A stretch of DNA of 64,000 bases from Bugula neritina (taxonomy: Eukaryota > Animalia > Bryozoa). Below the pieces are notes generated by a model. That model saw only the letters and a list, made by a program, of their open reading frames with translations. It made no database searches and had not been told where the DNA came from. Numbering within the stretch: position 1 is the stretch's first letter; the number at the start of each line of letters is the position of its first letter. Location of the stretch: positions 23,717,319 through 23,781,318 of the forward strand of contig OZ037768.1 in NCBI GenBank assembly GCA_964035545.1, given 5' to 3'. The position numbers and the translations under genes were made by a program. Below, one piece after another: positions 49,728-63,774 of this stretch.

Positions 49728-52700
49728 TCACATGTTACTCCTCTGTCCAGACGTGCTGAACAACACGACTGCTTTCTTCTTCTTCTGCCTCCCCTTTCCT
49801 GTCAACATACAATAATAACATCCTCTAGTCACAGGGTAACCATGGCAACATACAATAGTAACATCCTCTAGTCACAGGGTAACCATGGCAACATACAATA
49901 GTAACATCCTCTAGTCACAGGGTAACCATGGCAACATAAACACTGCTTTACTGAACGAATCAGTAGAACTTTCTACACAATCAACTGACTGATAAAACTC
50001 GTCACACGCATCACCTAATGGCCGGCCGCAGAGGGTGGCAGAATTACACCACACCAACCTGCGCAGCCAATAGGGAACAACCAACACAGCCGACCGAGTT
50101 TCATCAACTTAGCTTTAAACTGAATATATACAGCGGGAGACTCAACACACCTGCAGGTTTGCTGACAGCAGCTGAGGCAGCGTTCTTCACGAGCTGATCA
50201 AAGTCAGCGCTGAAAGACTGCTGAAAGGACGGGGCAGCAGCCGACTCGTCTTCCTCTCCGTCAGCTGCCGGTCTGTTCGTCTGCTGAGACTGCTCAGTCT
50301 GCGGTCCACTGGAGCGAACATACCTGCTGCCGGTAGAGATCCTAGGCCAGACAGCAGCAGCGGCACCACGTCTTCCAGTCATAGCCTGCACACACATCAC
50401 CAGTTGACCAGCCAATGGGAGAACATGTGACACAGCATAACCACTCTAAATACACGCGTATATAAATATATATTATACACAGACTGACCTCACTGAATGA
50501 GTACGGAGTACCCAGGGGTGGAGTAGCCAGGGGTGGAGTAGAGAGGGGTGGAGTAGAGAGGGGTGAAGTAGAGAGGGGCAGACCTTGCTGTCTCTCTGGG
50601 GTGTCGGCAGCAGCATTGACAGGGAATTCCGACTCCACAGCTGGAGCAGTATCAGCAGCAGCAATCTCAAAGCTCTGGTCACAGCTGGCGGCAGCATTCT
50701 GAGGGAAATGGCAGTCAGAGGTGAGCGGGACGGCCATGTCAGGGTCTACAGAGAATAGAGAAAAGTTTAGACAATGTCTCGAGGAACACATAACCCGGGT
50801 ATAGCACGAGTTCCTAGGGAATGTTACTCACACTTGCCCATCCTGCGGCGCTCCTCCGCCTCCACCCTACTGCTGTGCTTAGCCTCAGTTCTCAGCCGTC
50901 TGTTCCTCATCTTCTTCCGGTAGTCTATTTCCTCCTTGAAGTTGGCCAGACAGTCTGAGCTGACTACGGGAGGTCTGAGGGCCACTTCGCACACCATGAA
51001 CTGGCTGTAGAGTGGCAGGTGACTCAGGTACTTCAGTCTCTTCCTCAGTTCCTGGCAACAGAACATGAGCTACACAGTTGATAGGTGATAACAGGTACTC
51101 TACTGACAGGTAATGACAGGTACTCTACTATTAGGTACTCTACTGACAAGTGCTCTACCGACAGGTAATGACAGGTACTCCACTGACAGGTACTCCACTG
51201 ACAGGTAATGACAGGTACTCTACTAATAGGTGCTTTACTGACAGGTGCTCTACGACAGGTAATGACAGGTGCTCTACTCACCGATGTCATACTGTTTTCC
51301 TCACACTCTACTATAGTGGCCGTCAGTGTAGGAGGCGCCATTTCCAAAGACTTGTACTGAGCAGCCAGAACTCTGCAAATAGACAAACATTCATCAGAAA
51401 AAACTGCTTACTATACACCTGCACTGTACACCTGCACTGTACACCTGTACTATATACCTGTACTGTACACCTGTACTACACAATACTATATACGCTGACT
51501 TTGTACTACACACGCTGCCTCACCTCGTGTTGATAGAGTGGAGGTAGACATGCTGCCCGTCTGATGCCTGGTAGAAATAGTAGACTTCGGTTCTCTTGGA
51601 GCCGCTAGCGTGACCCGGCTGAGTCCCGGTGGCTGGCAGCAGCAGGTTAGACGCCAGCTGCTCAGCTTCCTTGCTGCCGGTACTCGACGTCGAGCTCTCC
51701 GTCCTCACTCTGAAAGTATGCAACAACAGCGAGTCAAAAAGGGTCACACGATGTCAGCAAACAACTGCTGGTTTGACCTATGTGTAGAAATCCTACCGTG
51801 ACTTCTTCACTTCCTCCCCTCCTTCTGGTATCGGAGTAACTCCCTCTTCTGGTGTAGAGGACGCCATCTCAGCTGCCTTGTCCGCTGCCGCTGTCTCAGA
51901 TGCACAGTCAGCGAGGTCTTCTGTAAGTCTCGCGTCCTCCGCAGGGGCAGACAATTCATCATCAAAGGCGTTAGCATACGACACAGTCTGCAGCTGCAAT
52001 GGGGACAATAATAGAACATCATAACACGGGCACGCCCCCCACACCACCCTTCACACAGAAACTTAGAATTGTTACTAAGTTTATACCAGAAGGCTGAACT
52101 ATTGCAGTTCTAACCAAACAAAATAACAACAGTTGAAAATTTCACAATTCATAAAACTCATAGCGTGGAGTATCTTGATGGATCAACTCATTCAACTTAC
52201 AAGCTGAATGACCTTGATATGACCTTGGCTATGAATATGCTACTTGCACCAGAGAGGTGCCACTTACATGAGGGTCGGATCTGATGGTAGGCAGCACCAC
52301 GTCTCCTGTACCGGCAGCATCTGAGCTGGAGGCAGCAGCCACAGGGAGAGACGACTCCCGAGAACTCTTTAACTGAGATGAACGGGCAGAGAGCTGATCC
52401 AAAGCAGCCTGGATGAAGGAGGCCTCCAGTGACTGAAACACATTCAATACATCTTCTAGAACATTCTCTCAACAAGTCTGTGTGACGCATCAATAACTCG
52501 TCTATACTTATTCTGAGTTTATAAACATCAAACCAACCAGTGTATCTTCCCGGTCAAACAGTTGCAGTAATTGTCTTCTCTCTTGGGACACAATAGCTTC
52601 AATATCCTCTACAGTAGCTGAGAGCAGCTTGCTGTATCTTACGTCATCGGCATCACCTGGCAGCATAAACACCAAACTACACAGTATACACTACACAGTA

Positions 52701-55394
52701 TACAGTACACAGTATACACTACACAGTACACACTACACAGTATACACTACACAGTACACACTATACACTACACACTACACAGTATACACTACACAGTATA
52801 CACTACACTACACACTACACAGTATACACTGCACACTACACAGTACACACTACACAGTATACACTACACACTACACAGTATACACTACACAGTATACACT
52901 ACACACTACACAGTATACACTACACAGTATACACTACACAGTATACACTACACAGTACACACTGCACAGTACACACTACACAGTATACACTACACAGTAT
53001 ACACTACACAGTACACACTATACACTACACACTACACAGTATACACTACACAGTACACACTGCACAGTATACACTATACAGTATACACTACACAGTATAC
53101 ACTACACAGTATACACTATACAGTATACACTACACAGTATACACTACACAGTACACACTACACAGTATACACTACACAGTATACACTATACAGTATACAC
53201 TACACAGTATACACTACACAGTATACACTATACACTACACAGTACACACTACACAGTATACACTACACAGTACACACTGCACAGTATACACTACACAGTA
53301 TACACTACACAGTATACACTACACAGTACACACTACACAGTACACACTACACAGTGCACACTACACAGTATACAGTACACACTACACAGTACACACTACA
53401 CAGTATACAGTACACACTACACAGTACACACTACACAGTATATACAGTACACACTACACAGTATACACTACACACTACAGAGTAACTACAGAAAAACCTA
53501 CCATTCAGACCAAAGAGTTGGCCGGAGCTGGAACTTTTCCACGAGGTTGTTGGTCTCACATACATGGCCTCTCTCTCCCTCTTCATCAGAGTGAATGTGA
53601 TCTTATCGCCCACCTTTGGCTTCACCACAGGCTGTACGATGACACTGCAACCACAACACGTGGGTAGAGATTTGTGTGAACCAACGATATGCCGAGCTCG
53701 CTAGTTATAGCCCAGGTTCTTGCACAGGATCACTGACTTAGAGAAGGGTCACAATAACACTAACAATCCACACATACCAAGGTGAAGGTCAAGTGTAACA
53801 GCCTCACCTCTTCAAGTCCTTCTCCTCTACGCTATCAGCACACACCGGGCACTTGGCCCACCGCTTTTCACTAACAGACAGACAGTGTAGCATACAAGGC
53901 CAGCAGTAAATGTGAGCACACTTGGTCATCTTGGCCGCCACCGGCAGCTCAAGGCATATCGGGCACGTAGCCAGCTGCTCCTCATTGGCCAGAATCTACA
54001 AGACAGCTCATTTGATACATTCCGGGCAAATCTGGTGCTCAAGATAACAGAAAACAGATAAGTTTACAGACATAGGACTGACCACTTGCTCGATGTCCTC
54101 CCACTCCACCATCTTGTCAGCGTCAGCAAGACATGCCAGGTACTTCAGGTCCGTCTGCGGCCGCCTCACCACAAACTGGCAGTGCGCCTGGAGAAACTGA
54201 TCCTTAGTGTGTACGGGGGCCCGCCGTCCTCTTCTGTACACCGCGCCACTTCTGCCACCCCCAGTCTGCTTGGGGAGCGGCGAGTAGTTGAAATTCAACA
54301 GGTGGCTGGCGTCCGTCCCGTGACGGGTGGTTCTCTCACCGCCCGTCCTCTCACTGTTTTGTCGTGATTGTTGATCCTCAACTTTTTCAGCTCGACTCAC
54401 CTATTTCATAAGTGAAGAACACTTAAACAGGTGTTACCAGTCGCGTAATATAAAGGATGTTTTCAACTCTCATTAAATCTCACCTCATAACTCGACTGGT
54501 TTGAAGAAAATCTCCGTTGAAAACCTTTTCCTCCTCTTTGACTATCAGCATTATATCTCCTTCGGTTAGCACTATCACCATGGTTACTATTATACCTACC
54601 TGCAATATTCATTTGCAACTTCAGACGAAATGCAAATGCTGAGGTAGTTTATAAACAACTGGAGAAATATGGTCACAGAAAAATCAATAAAGGCTGCCAC
54701 AAATGACTAAGTATACATTATTATCTATTGAATGGCTTATTACATTCCAATTACCACATTTAAAAAGTTTGATTTGAAGTTGAGTTGAAGTTGACTTGAA
54801 AACTCAACCCAGCTTGAAGGATAAAAGGATGCCCATTAAATTTAATGACTTATTATAACACATTTATAATTAGCTTACTCGTATACTTGTAGGAGTTATA
54901 ACAAGTACAATACAATTGGATTGAATTTAAACTTAAATTGGTTAATGCGATCATGATGATGATTAAACTTAGAGTTACTAATACTAATAAAAATAAAAAT
55001 ACAATCTAATATTATTACTACTAGCAATACTTATAGTATTACTACTAATAATAGGTAATGCAAATAATATTATAAATCTAATAGCATCACTATCACTATG
55101 GTGTTCGTATTGAGTTTATTAATTATTACTATTAGTATTACTATTACTATTACTGTATTAGTATTAGACATTACTGATTAGCCTTTGAAAAATAGCAACA
55201 GTAACATTAACTATACGTAAATATTTAGGTTCATACGTACCACGATTTTTGGGTTTTCCAGATTCAAAATAGGCACTATTAGCGTGACTGTGGTTGATAG
55301 TTTGAACGTTGTGAGAAACCGGAGAGTTATTGCTGAATTTGGCCGGAGATGTCAACGGGTTTTGAGGTGGACAACGTAGCAACTTTTTTTCCAT
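49728..55394 (-). CDS. RNF10: E3 ubiquitin ligase RNF10, about 14 exons
   Basis: [33 protein letters not shown]3HC4 [79 protein letters not shown], and C-terminal [12 protein letters not shown]. Start MEKKLL at 55394 is inferred. Confidence 0.93.
49804..49937. repeat. 43-bp tandem repeat, 3 copies, each containing an RFX X-box-like GTAACCATGGCAAC
   Basis: Motif at 49836-49849, 49879-49892 and 49922-49935, in the last RNF10 intron. Confidence 0.9.
51080..51278. repeat. Compound tandem repeat (ACAGGTACTCTACTG / ACAGGTAATG)
   Basis: Fills most of an RNF10 intron. Confidence 0.9.
52676..53480. repeat. About 800-bp low-complexity minisatellite (TACACAGTATACAC variants)
   Basis: Makes up nearly a whole RNF10 intron and generates the spurious 321-aa ORF. 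Confidence 0.95.
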
Positions 55395-56992
55395 TGTATC
55401 TTCTGCCGTCTTCAACTACTAAAAAGGCCCAATCGGACCTCAACAAACTGTTAGAAACAAATACACCTGCCAAAGCAAGATTGCTGGAGCTGTTTTGTTG
55501 TTGGAAGATCATCTTGTTAAAAAGCCATGATTGCAACTAAACAAATAAAATAAACCAGATTTCTCTGACTACAGTGCTGTTGAAAATATTAATTATTTAA
55601 GAGTACAAGGATTTCAAGAGGCTGGATCAAATATAGATCCAGTCAACGCCTAGAGCTATTCGAGGCTGACTTAGATTAGTTGTAACGACGATGGCTTAGC
55701 TGCAAACTGTGCAACTAAACACAAACCAAAAGCTTAAAATGGCTTGCGGATATAGTCCGAAACACCTTATGAACTGATTCTTCCGTATAAGAAAACTATC
55801 ATATTACTGGTTATCATTTATTTCACCTGTTTTATAAAACGCAGACTATAAATATTTGTAGCTACGTCACTATAGAAGACAACTCTACATATAAATAAAA
55901 TAATTGGCAGAAACTGGGTTATTAAGAATTAGTATTGCTTCTTCACATTTTGGGATTATTTTTATGAACCTTACAATAACTATCTTATTTTACACTGCAG
56001 CAGCAAAATATAATTTGCTATACAGATTGGTGTTGTTTAAAAATGTTGAAATTAAAGCATGTGAAGATAACTTCCGTAAGCAAATGCAACTCTAGGCCAC
56101 AAAATGTGCACTGATAACAAATCACCGATTCATATAACAAAGCTATTTAATTAATTTCAATTAATTAATTGCATTTAAAGATTAAAATTTTGAATAAATT
56201 TAATTTCAAGTGATACTGTAGTACTATGAAACTCGTAGACAATTCAGGCTGGCCGGTATAACAAGTCTGATTATTCTTTACTTGTGTCACTTATTGCCAT
56301 ATATAAAGGTATTGTATATAATAACCACTATAGTTTTCCTTTTACAAAAAACCTGTATTTCTTCAGCAATCAAAATAGTACAAATAAACTGGAATGTGTC
56401 CAAAGTCAGTTACATTTATTTTGTACTTGGTGCACAAAACAGTTCAATACAACACAATTATAACAAATCCTTTATATTTAAAAATAAATGTACAAGTATA
56501 ATATATAATTCTTAATGTTTGAGCGTATATTATATTGATAGATAAAATCCTACGTAGTATAAAATAATGATGTAGAAATTATTCTAAAATTAAATATATT
56601 ATATAATGCAGCTAAATGAACATACTGGCTGCATAACAATTATTATACAACGATTAAAATACTATAGCATGTAAAATAATTATTCTTTCAAAAGAGAATG
56701 ATAGCTGGTAGCCAAATAACACAACTTGATTTAGCCCAGTCTAGTTTCTTGCATTAGGCCAGCTAACATGTCAAGTAAAGTCACTCATCTAGTGTATAGT
56801 GTAATTCTCACAAAATATATAGTAGTACAATTTCGATATGGCACAATAAAAAGGGAAGATAATTCCAAATTATTAAAGACACGCATGGAAAATGAGGTGC
56901 ATTTTCTTTCTGCTCTTGTAAGTAAAACTATAGTATAAGTTAGAAGAGAAGATTTTTGTCTGTACTTATTGCAGAAGACAACTCTAACTCAA

Positions 56993-59900
56993 CTACTCAA
57001 TTTTCTGGTTCATAATCTGTTCAACTTCCTCTAATAACTCCTCATCTTCAATCAGAGCCTCAATATTGTACTTCAGCTTCTTGCCTTTTGTCCAGCTGTA
57101 GGAGTTGTCAAACAGTATCACGTCTGTTGAACACAAAATAGTATATTTATAGCTATTCAAGTTTTATCAGTTGGTTGGTGTATTTTCAAACAAATGGAAA
57201 GTAGTGCAAACAGCTAAAAGCAAAATTATTCTGTAGAAAAATGTTGAATACCGTTTCATTATGTCTAATGCAACAAATCAAACTGAAAGCAACATATACC
57301 ACACTTTATATTTATATAATAGATAATGATGTATACCGTAGTATGCTAAAGCAGTACAGAGAAATTTTTGTAATATGCTGTAAAAATTGAAGTAGAAGAC
57401 GTCAGAAATAGCTTCTGTACCAGCTGCTAGTTGATACAGTTGTAGACTAAGAGACACTGTCAGCTGCCAAATGCCGACAGTATACGAAACCAGTCAGCAT
57501 ACAAATATACAGCACATAACACTCACATGTGCCGAGCTGTTCACAGGTCAAGGAGCCATACTCAGGTACCATGTGACACTGTACTCTGCTAGCCGGCACC
57601 ACAACCTGCTGCTTCTCGGAACCTTCCGGAATCAGACTCACTCCGAATGAGATATCCTTGCCTTCCGTCAGAAACTCCCACCTGGTGAAATAAAACCCCC
57701 ACCGATTATATCATACTGTAAACTAGTCACAGTGTAAACTAGTCACAGTGCAAACTAGTCACAGTGTAAACTAGTCACACTGTAAACTAGTCACACTGTA
57801 AACTAGTCACAGTGTAAATTAATCACACTGGAAACTAGTCATACTGTAAACTGGCGACACTGTAAACTAGTCACACTGTAAATTGATCACACTGGAAACT
57901 AGTCACATTGTAAACTGGTCATACTGTAAAGTAGTCACAGTGTAAACTAGTCACAGTGTGAACTAGTCATACTGTAAACTAGTCACATTGTAAACTAGTC
58001 ACACTGTAAACTGGTCACTCTGTAAACTAGTCACAGTGTGAACTAGTCATACTGTAAACTAGTCACATTGTAAACTAGTCACACTGTAAACTAGTCACAC
58101 TATAAACTAGTCACATCACACTGCTCCATGCTTCATGTATCACTATTTACTGTTACATAATACATTTATAAAATACTCTCATATATTCTGATGCACACTT
58201 TATGGAAATTAAGCAAATCCCAGGTTTCTCTTTCCAATGATATAAATCAGCCTAGCTAAAACCCTCTAAGGCTTGTAGTTTAGGAATATTCAAAATGTAT
58301 TAGTATATGGGAATGGAGAAGACAACTACCAACACTGTTGCGAGTTATTTAGAAATCGCTGACTTTACCTGATGACACAGTTGGGCTGTTCAATAGGCAC
58401 CTTCAGCACCAGTTTACACCCAGCTGATATGGTCGTAGATTCAAACTCCGTTGTGTCTATTATGTCTTTGAGGTAGTAGGATTCTGGTACCAGACCCCCA
58501 GCTTTGATCTAGTAAATAAGGTAACATAACTCCAATTACTTGATTATTAACTGAGGCGTGACCAGTGTTTCAGTCATTGAGTACACAACTCCAACTTCTT
58601 TATCATAATCACTGTTTAAAAAGGGGACAGATCCACACTAAATTATATCTCCTTACTCTACCAACTTCTATAAATAGCCTGTGTGTTTTGTACATTGATG
58701 TCTTCTGCTATAAACAATTAGGATGCTTACCCTGTGAGTGCAGTAGATGTCATTGTCCGGGCCAACTTGTTTTCCACCTAGAAAGGCAGGCAACTCTTCT
58801 TCATCAATAATTTTTAGTACTTCTGGCAGAAAGTTTGCTAGAGTAAAATATATAACAGAGTTTGATCTTTCATTTATTAGAATAAATAAATAAATAAATC
58901 GCATATTTAATACATTTATATTATTTGTTTATTGCAATCGGATAATTCTTTATAGTATTGGAAAGGGGACTTCTTTTAAAATAGATGATATTTAAAAAAC
59001 ACAATTTCAGGTAAATATTTCTATAATGAAATAACTGATGATATTTAATTATGAGAATAAAAACCAAATAAAATGAGTACACAATGCTTCATTGCAAGTA
59101 TAACAAACAAACATAATATTGCTCTACTTTATTATATTATACATATATTATATTATACTATATTATTATATTATACATATATTATATTATACTATATTAT
59201 TATATTATACATATATTATATTACACTATATTATTATATTATACATATATTATATTATACTATATTATTATATTATACATATAATATATTACAGTATATT
59301 ATTATAACATAATATCACTGTTAATATATAAACTCTTACTTCCATAGACTCTCATCTTTTTGTTCATATCATCACTTATCAATGGACGGCAGATTTTAAA
59401 AAAGATTGGAAAGATTTTCGGAGCTACAAGAAGTAATGTCTATACATTATATAAGAACAAATCACACTACAAGTCTGCAACATACAGCCATATGCAGGTG
59501 ACAAGAAATGAGTCATACTTTTACAATTCTAGCACCTGGTACTGAATGTCACACACATTGTCGTTCTGACACCTGCAGGAAATGCCATTTGATCATAACT
59601 GAAACACTGTTATAATATTTCCACAAAAGGATATCAAAATAACATAATATTTGCTTAGGGTTGTGATCTCTATAACAACTAGAGTTCTGCTTTGGAAATG
59701 GGGAAACAATTTTGTTTCTAGAAAACCGAGCTATTTTTAAAAATATCAAAGTTTTGAATCTTTTAAATTTAAAACACTTCCACATACTCCTCGCCCAACA
59801 CGTCCTAACATGCCCAACACGCCCTAACATGCCTCAATACTTAAAGAGAGCTTTAGAGATGGTAATTTTTTGAGAGGGCTGGAAACCATGCTGGCAGCAT

Positions 59901-61024
59901 AGCTTAAGAACTTTTGTTACTCTGGCACAAAAGTTGGTGAGGTGGATACCCTTCCCGACATCACAACAACCTCGCAGGAGTCTAGTCTACACAGCATATG
60001 TCTACCAGCCCAGCCCCTCTACTCACTGAAGCATGACTACTTCTTGTTTACATCAATATAGCTGTATATAAATAATTATATATTTTTTAGATGGTTTTTA
60101 AAACCCCTCACCATTTATAACTATCAGCCGTTTGACGAACTCAGGGTAGTTGTCTTCTAGCAGCTTGATGAGATGCAGGTAGAGGGCTAGACCTGGTCTC
60201 CAGAGCTGTTTGCTGCCGATTTGGTCTAAATCCAGTATCACAGTCAGCCTGTCTATCTTCTTACCCAACTGGAGAATAAAACTATACATTGCTGAAGGAC
60301 ATAATAGAGCAAACAAAGCAACTTATCATTTAACATATAATATTATATAAAATAATTTATTGCAAAAAATAATATACAAAATAACTTATTGTAAAATAGG
60401 CTACAAAATAGGCTAAAACATTATGAAATGATAGTGAATATATAATATTTAGGATTAGATAACATTATACTCTATAAGTCAATACCAGAATTATAACATA
60501 TCTTGCAATTCGTTACAAAAGCAGCATGATAAATATTGTTGCCAGTACAATAGTAGTTGTGGCTTTAAAAGAGAAAATAAATTTTAGAGTTTCACATATC
60601 TAAACTTATATACTATTATTTATATATGCTACAATCTATATTATTTTGAAACGTTCATGCCAATACAAGTATTTGCAGATAGAAAGAAAAGATGCGTACA
60701 TGATAACACGAGAGGACAATTACTAATCAGCTACACTCCAGCAAAAGTTTTCCATGAAGTATTCTATGCGCTGACTTGACATAGGGCATACTCTCTGCTG
60801 TAACTCACCTTTTCTGACTGCTGCCGCATGACCTTGAGAGCCACTTCCTGGTCATACAGTTTCTTCATCTCCAAATCCACTTTCTTACTCGAGTAGAACA
60901 TGCCCTTCACATCCAGGTATCCAAACCTCTCAAATCTGACAGGAAGTCCTTCTTTGTCGAAACAGCCAATTCCTCCGGTCATGTATTTCTCTATCACCTG
61001 CAAATAGGAGCATATCTAAGTTAA

Positions 61025-61116
<92 letters not shown>

Positions 61117-62662
61117 TGTGTGAGTGTGTGAGTGTGTGTGTGTGTGTGTTTGCGCTACACGCTGCTAACTTCCAAAGCAATCCAAGGTATTGTGGGAACA
61201 AAACTCCAACACCCTGAGTTATTCATACAGCGTTTGCTGGTATCACAAATGCATGTAATTACTTGTAACTTATTGAAGATGAGAAAGTTTAATTAAAAAG
61301 TTCAGAAGAAACTCAACCTTTTTCCCATTCGAACTGAAACTCACATGAAAATCAAGCAAAACCTCAGACTATTGAGACTTATCTCATAAGACGTATAAAA
61401 TAAAGAGATATGTGCGAGACCAAAATGTGTTATATTTGTAAAAATATCAATTGCTTGGTTTAATTCTGATTTGCTCCACGTTGAGTTGGGACCAGCATTC
61501 CATCGGCATACCTCATGTTTACTGAAGGTGAATCATACGTCAACTATTTCGTTTGTTAACATAACAAGAAATATGATCTGCAGATGCTCACTTCGCCATG
61601 GCATTGCTAGGCGTCTGAAATGCTATTAGAGACGAGTTTTTTGAAGTTTCAAACATAAACAAGCGCAGATAAGACCGGCACCATCTTTGTCAAACTAGAT
61701 GTCGGAGTAGATGGATGACCCGGTCACGGTGGAGAAACACAAAGGAAAGCATCTATTTCTTCATTGTTGAGCAAATAACCTTCAATTAGCATTGTTAAAA
61801 CAATAGCAGCAGCCAATTATCTCTCTGGATATAATTTGTATAGAATAGATATGCACACATCACTGATGGCACACATCAAAGAGGTACTACTAAAAGATGA
61901 ATATAATGTGAAATATAACCCCTAACATTATAACCGACTCTACTCTACCTACACTCAAACATGTTAAACGCCTTTTGTCACGTAAGATTTTTTTACATAT
62001 CATTAGAAAGTTTTTGCTGTTTTCTAAATCTGCACCAAAATAATAAAAACTTTGTGATATAAAGAAGGGCAAACTTGTCCTGTAAATGCAGCATGTAAAG
62101 TTAAATGCTACTTTATTAAGCTGACCTCCTTGCCTACTTTGTGTAACATAGCATTAAAGGACGTGATACAAAGAGAGCATTGAGGTGTAGACCTTAAAAC
62201 TATTACAATAGTCACTTATTTCTTATAACAAAATCTACTTTTGTTTTTACCAAAGCAATGATATAATGAGTATTGTGGAATGTGTTTATAATTAGCAAAT
62301 GTTATTCTTGTTAATTATTAATTCAGCCTTCCCCGAAAAAAAGTTAATGGAGTGTGAAATTGTCACCACTAAACTTAACTCAATTAAACGTGTGGTGCCA
62401 TATTGAAATTAAGAGCCCAAAGAAACTAATGATTAATGTTAATTAAGAAAGCAATGAGTAATGCCAACTAAGAAAGTAATTAGTAATTTCCATTAAGAAA
62501 ATAATTAGTAATTTCCATTAAGAAAATAATGAGTAATGTAATGCTAAGAAACTACCTCTGGTTCCTCATACTCTTCCAGAATGTGGTCTAATCTCCTTGT
62601 CTCTCGCAGCTTCATGGCTTGACGAAACATGCTCTCTGACTTCTTTAAATCCCATTTTCTAG
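56993..62662 (-). CDS. SEC14-like lipid-binding protein (SEC14L2/3/4 type; CRAL-TRIO + GOLD); 5' exons not found in the window
   Basis: Exons about 62662-62555, 60997-60789, 60269-60112, 59424-59342, 58839-58731, 58509-58369, 57682-57526 and 57123-56993. Motifs ARKWDL, FDKEGLPV, EDNYPE..INAPKIF, LPAFLGG, GGLVPESYY, WEFLTEGKDISFG, FDNSYSW. Confidence 0.92.
57712..58115. repeat. 16-bp minisatellite (TGTAAACTAGTCACAS), about 25 copies
   Basis: Direct repetition in a SEC14-like intron. Confidence 0.95.
61028..61149. repeat. (GT)n microsatellite
   Basis: Visible GT run. Confidence 0.98.
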
Positions 62663-63327
62663 CTGCATCAAACAGAAACAGTATTTTAGAGTTCACAGTT
62701 GAATCTTATATCAATTTTGTAGAGCTACTGGTGGATTGTATTGGCCATTTCATTAAATTTATTGTACATAAAAATTTCACAAATAATTTACTTTTGCAAA
62801 AATATGGGAACTAACTTTTTTGTTGATTTTAAACAAAACGTGAAAACTAATCAAAAACAGTGTGATAATTATTTATCGACTTATCGTTTACAGAGCATTT
62901 TTTAAAATTGTTTCAACTAGTATTTTAAACAATTTCCAAAATTTCAAGTTTTATTTTTCAAGTTATTATTTTCTGTTTTGTTGGAGAAAATATGAGGAAA
63001 ATATGTTGTGCAACAGAATAGTAATGCTATGATGTCATAGCATGCCGTTCTTAAAACAGTCCAGGCGTGAAACGAGTGCCTGTTTACAGTTTCTATTTTT
63101 GTTTACCAATTTAAACAACACTTTTCCTGTAAAATTAAACCTGTAACTTTATGACTATGAACTGATAAACTTAAGCATATCACTTCATCTAGAATGATAT
63201 AAGATATACCAGCTATAAAGATCGCTTATATCATTGACATAAAAACAAGAAAGAGAAATTTTTATGTAATACTCTATACAAATACTGATTTTCTATATTA
63301 TTTCTATAGTGTTCAAATTACTCAGTA

Positions 63328-63399
63328 GCCCCTGTGGTGCAATGGTTAGCTCACCAGCTTGTAAGCTGGAGGTCTAAGGTTCGAATCCCAGTGAGAGCA
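63328..63399 (+). mobile_element. tRNA-derived SINE-like head or tRNA pseudogene (TGT in the anticodon position)
   Basis: A-box TGGTGCAATGG and B-box GGTTCGAATCC with an imperfect cloverleaf; alignable to the copy at 47845-47916. Confidence 0.65.
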
Positions 63400-63774
63400 A
63401 AAGTCTTACAATTTCTGTATTAATGCCAAAGCTGGTTCAATTACCACCCAAATGCAAAGATTAAATCTCAACTTCAAGTATCAGGCACTAACAAATGTTC
63501 ATTAATATTGCTTAAACAGCTATTGTGGTGAAGATAAGATCTCTGGTACCATATGCCACCTAAACTGTTTACTAGTCTGTAACTATGACGTAATAGCAAT
63601 TTACCATTATATTTTATAATTATACTAAATACAATTATAAGAAATAACTTGTTCTCCTTTGAATTAACAATTTATTTCAGCTCTAGCACAATCGTAGGAC
63701 ATGGAGACTAATGCATTTGCAATAATTGAACTTGAATTAATAATTTGCCAAGTACTAATCTCTGTAAGTCCAGT

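Noticed and set aside
52629-53594. 321-aa ORF (YTLHSTH repeats)
   Set aside because: Translation of an intronic minisatellite on the strand opposite RNF10.
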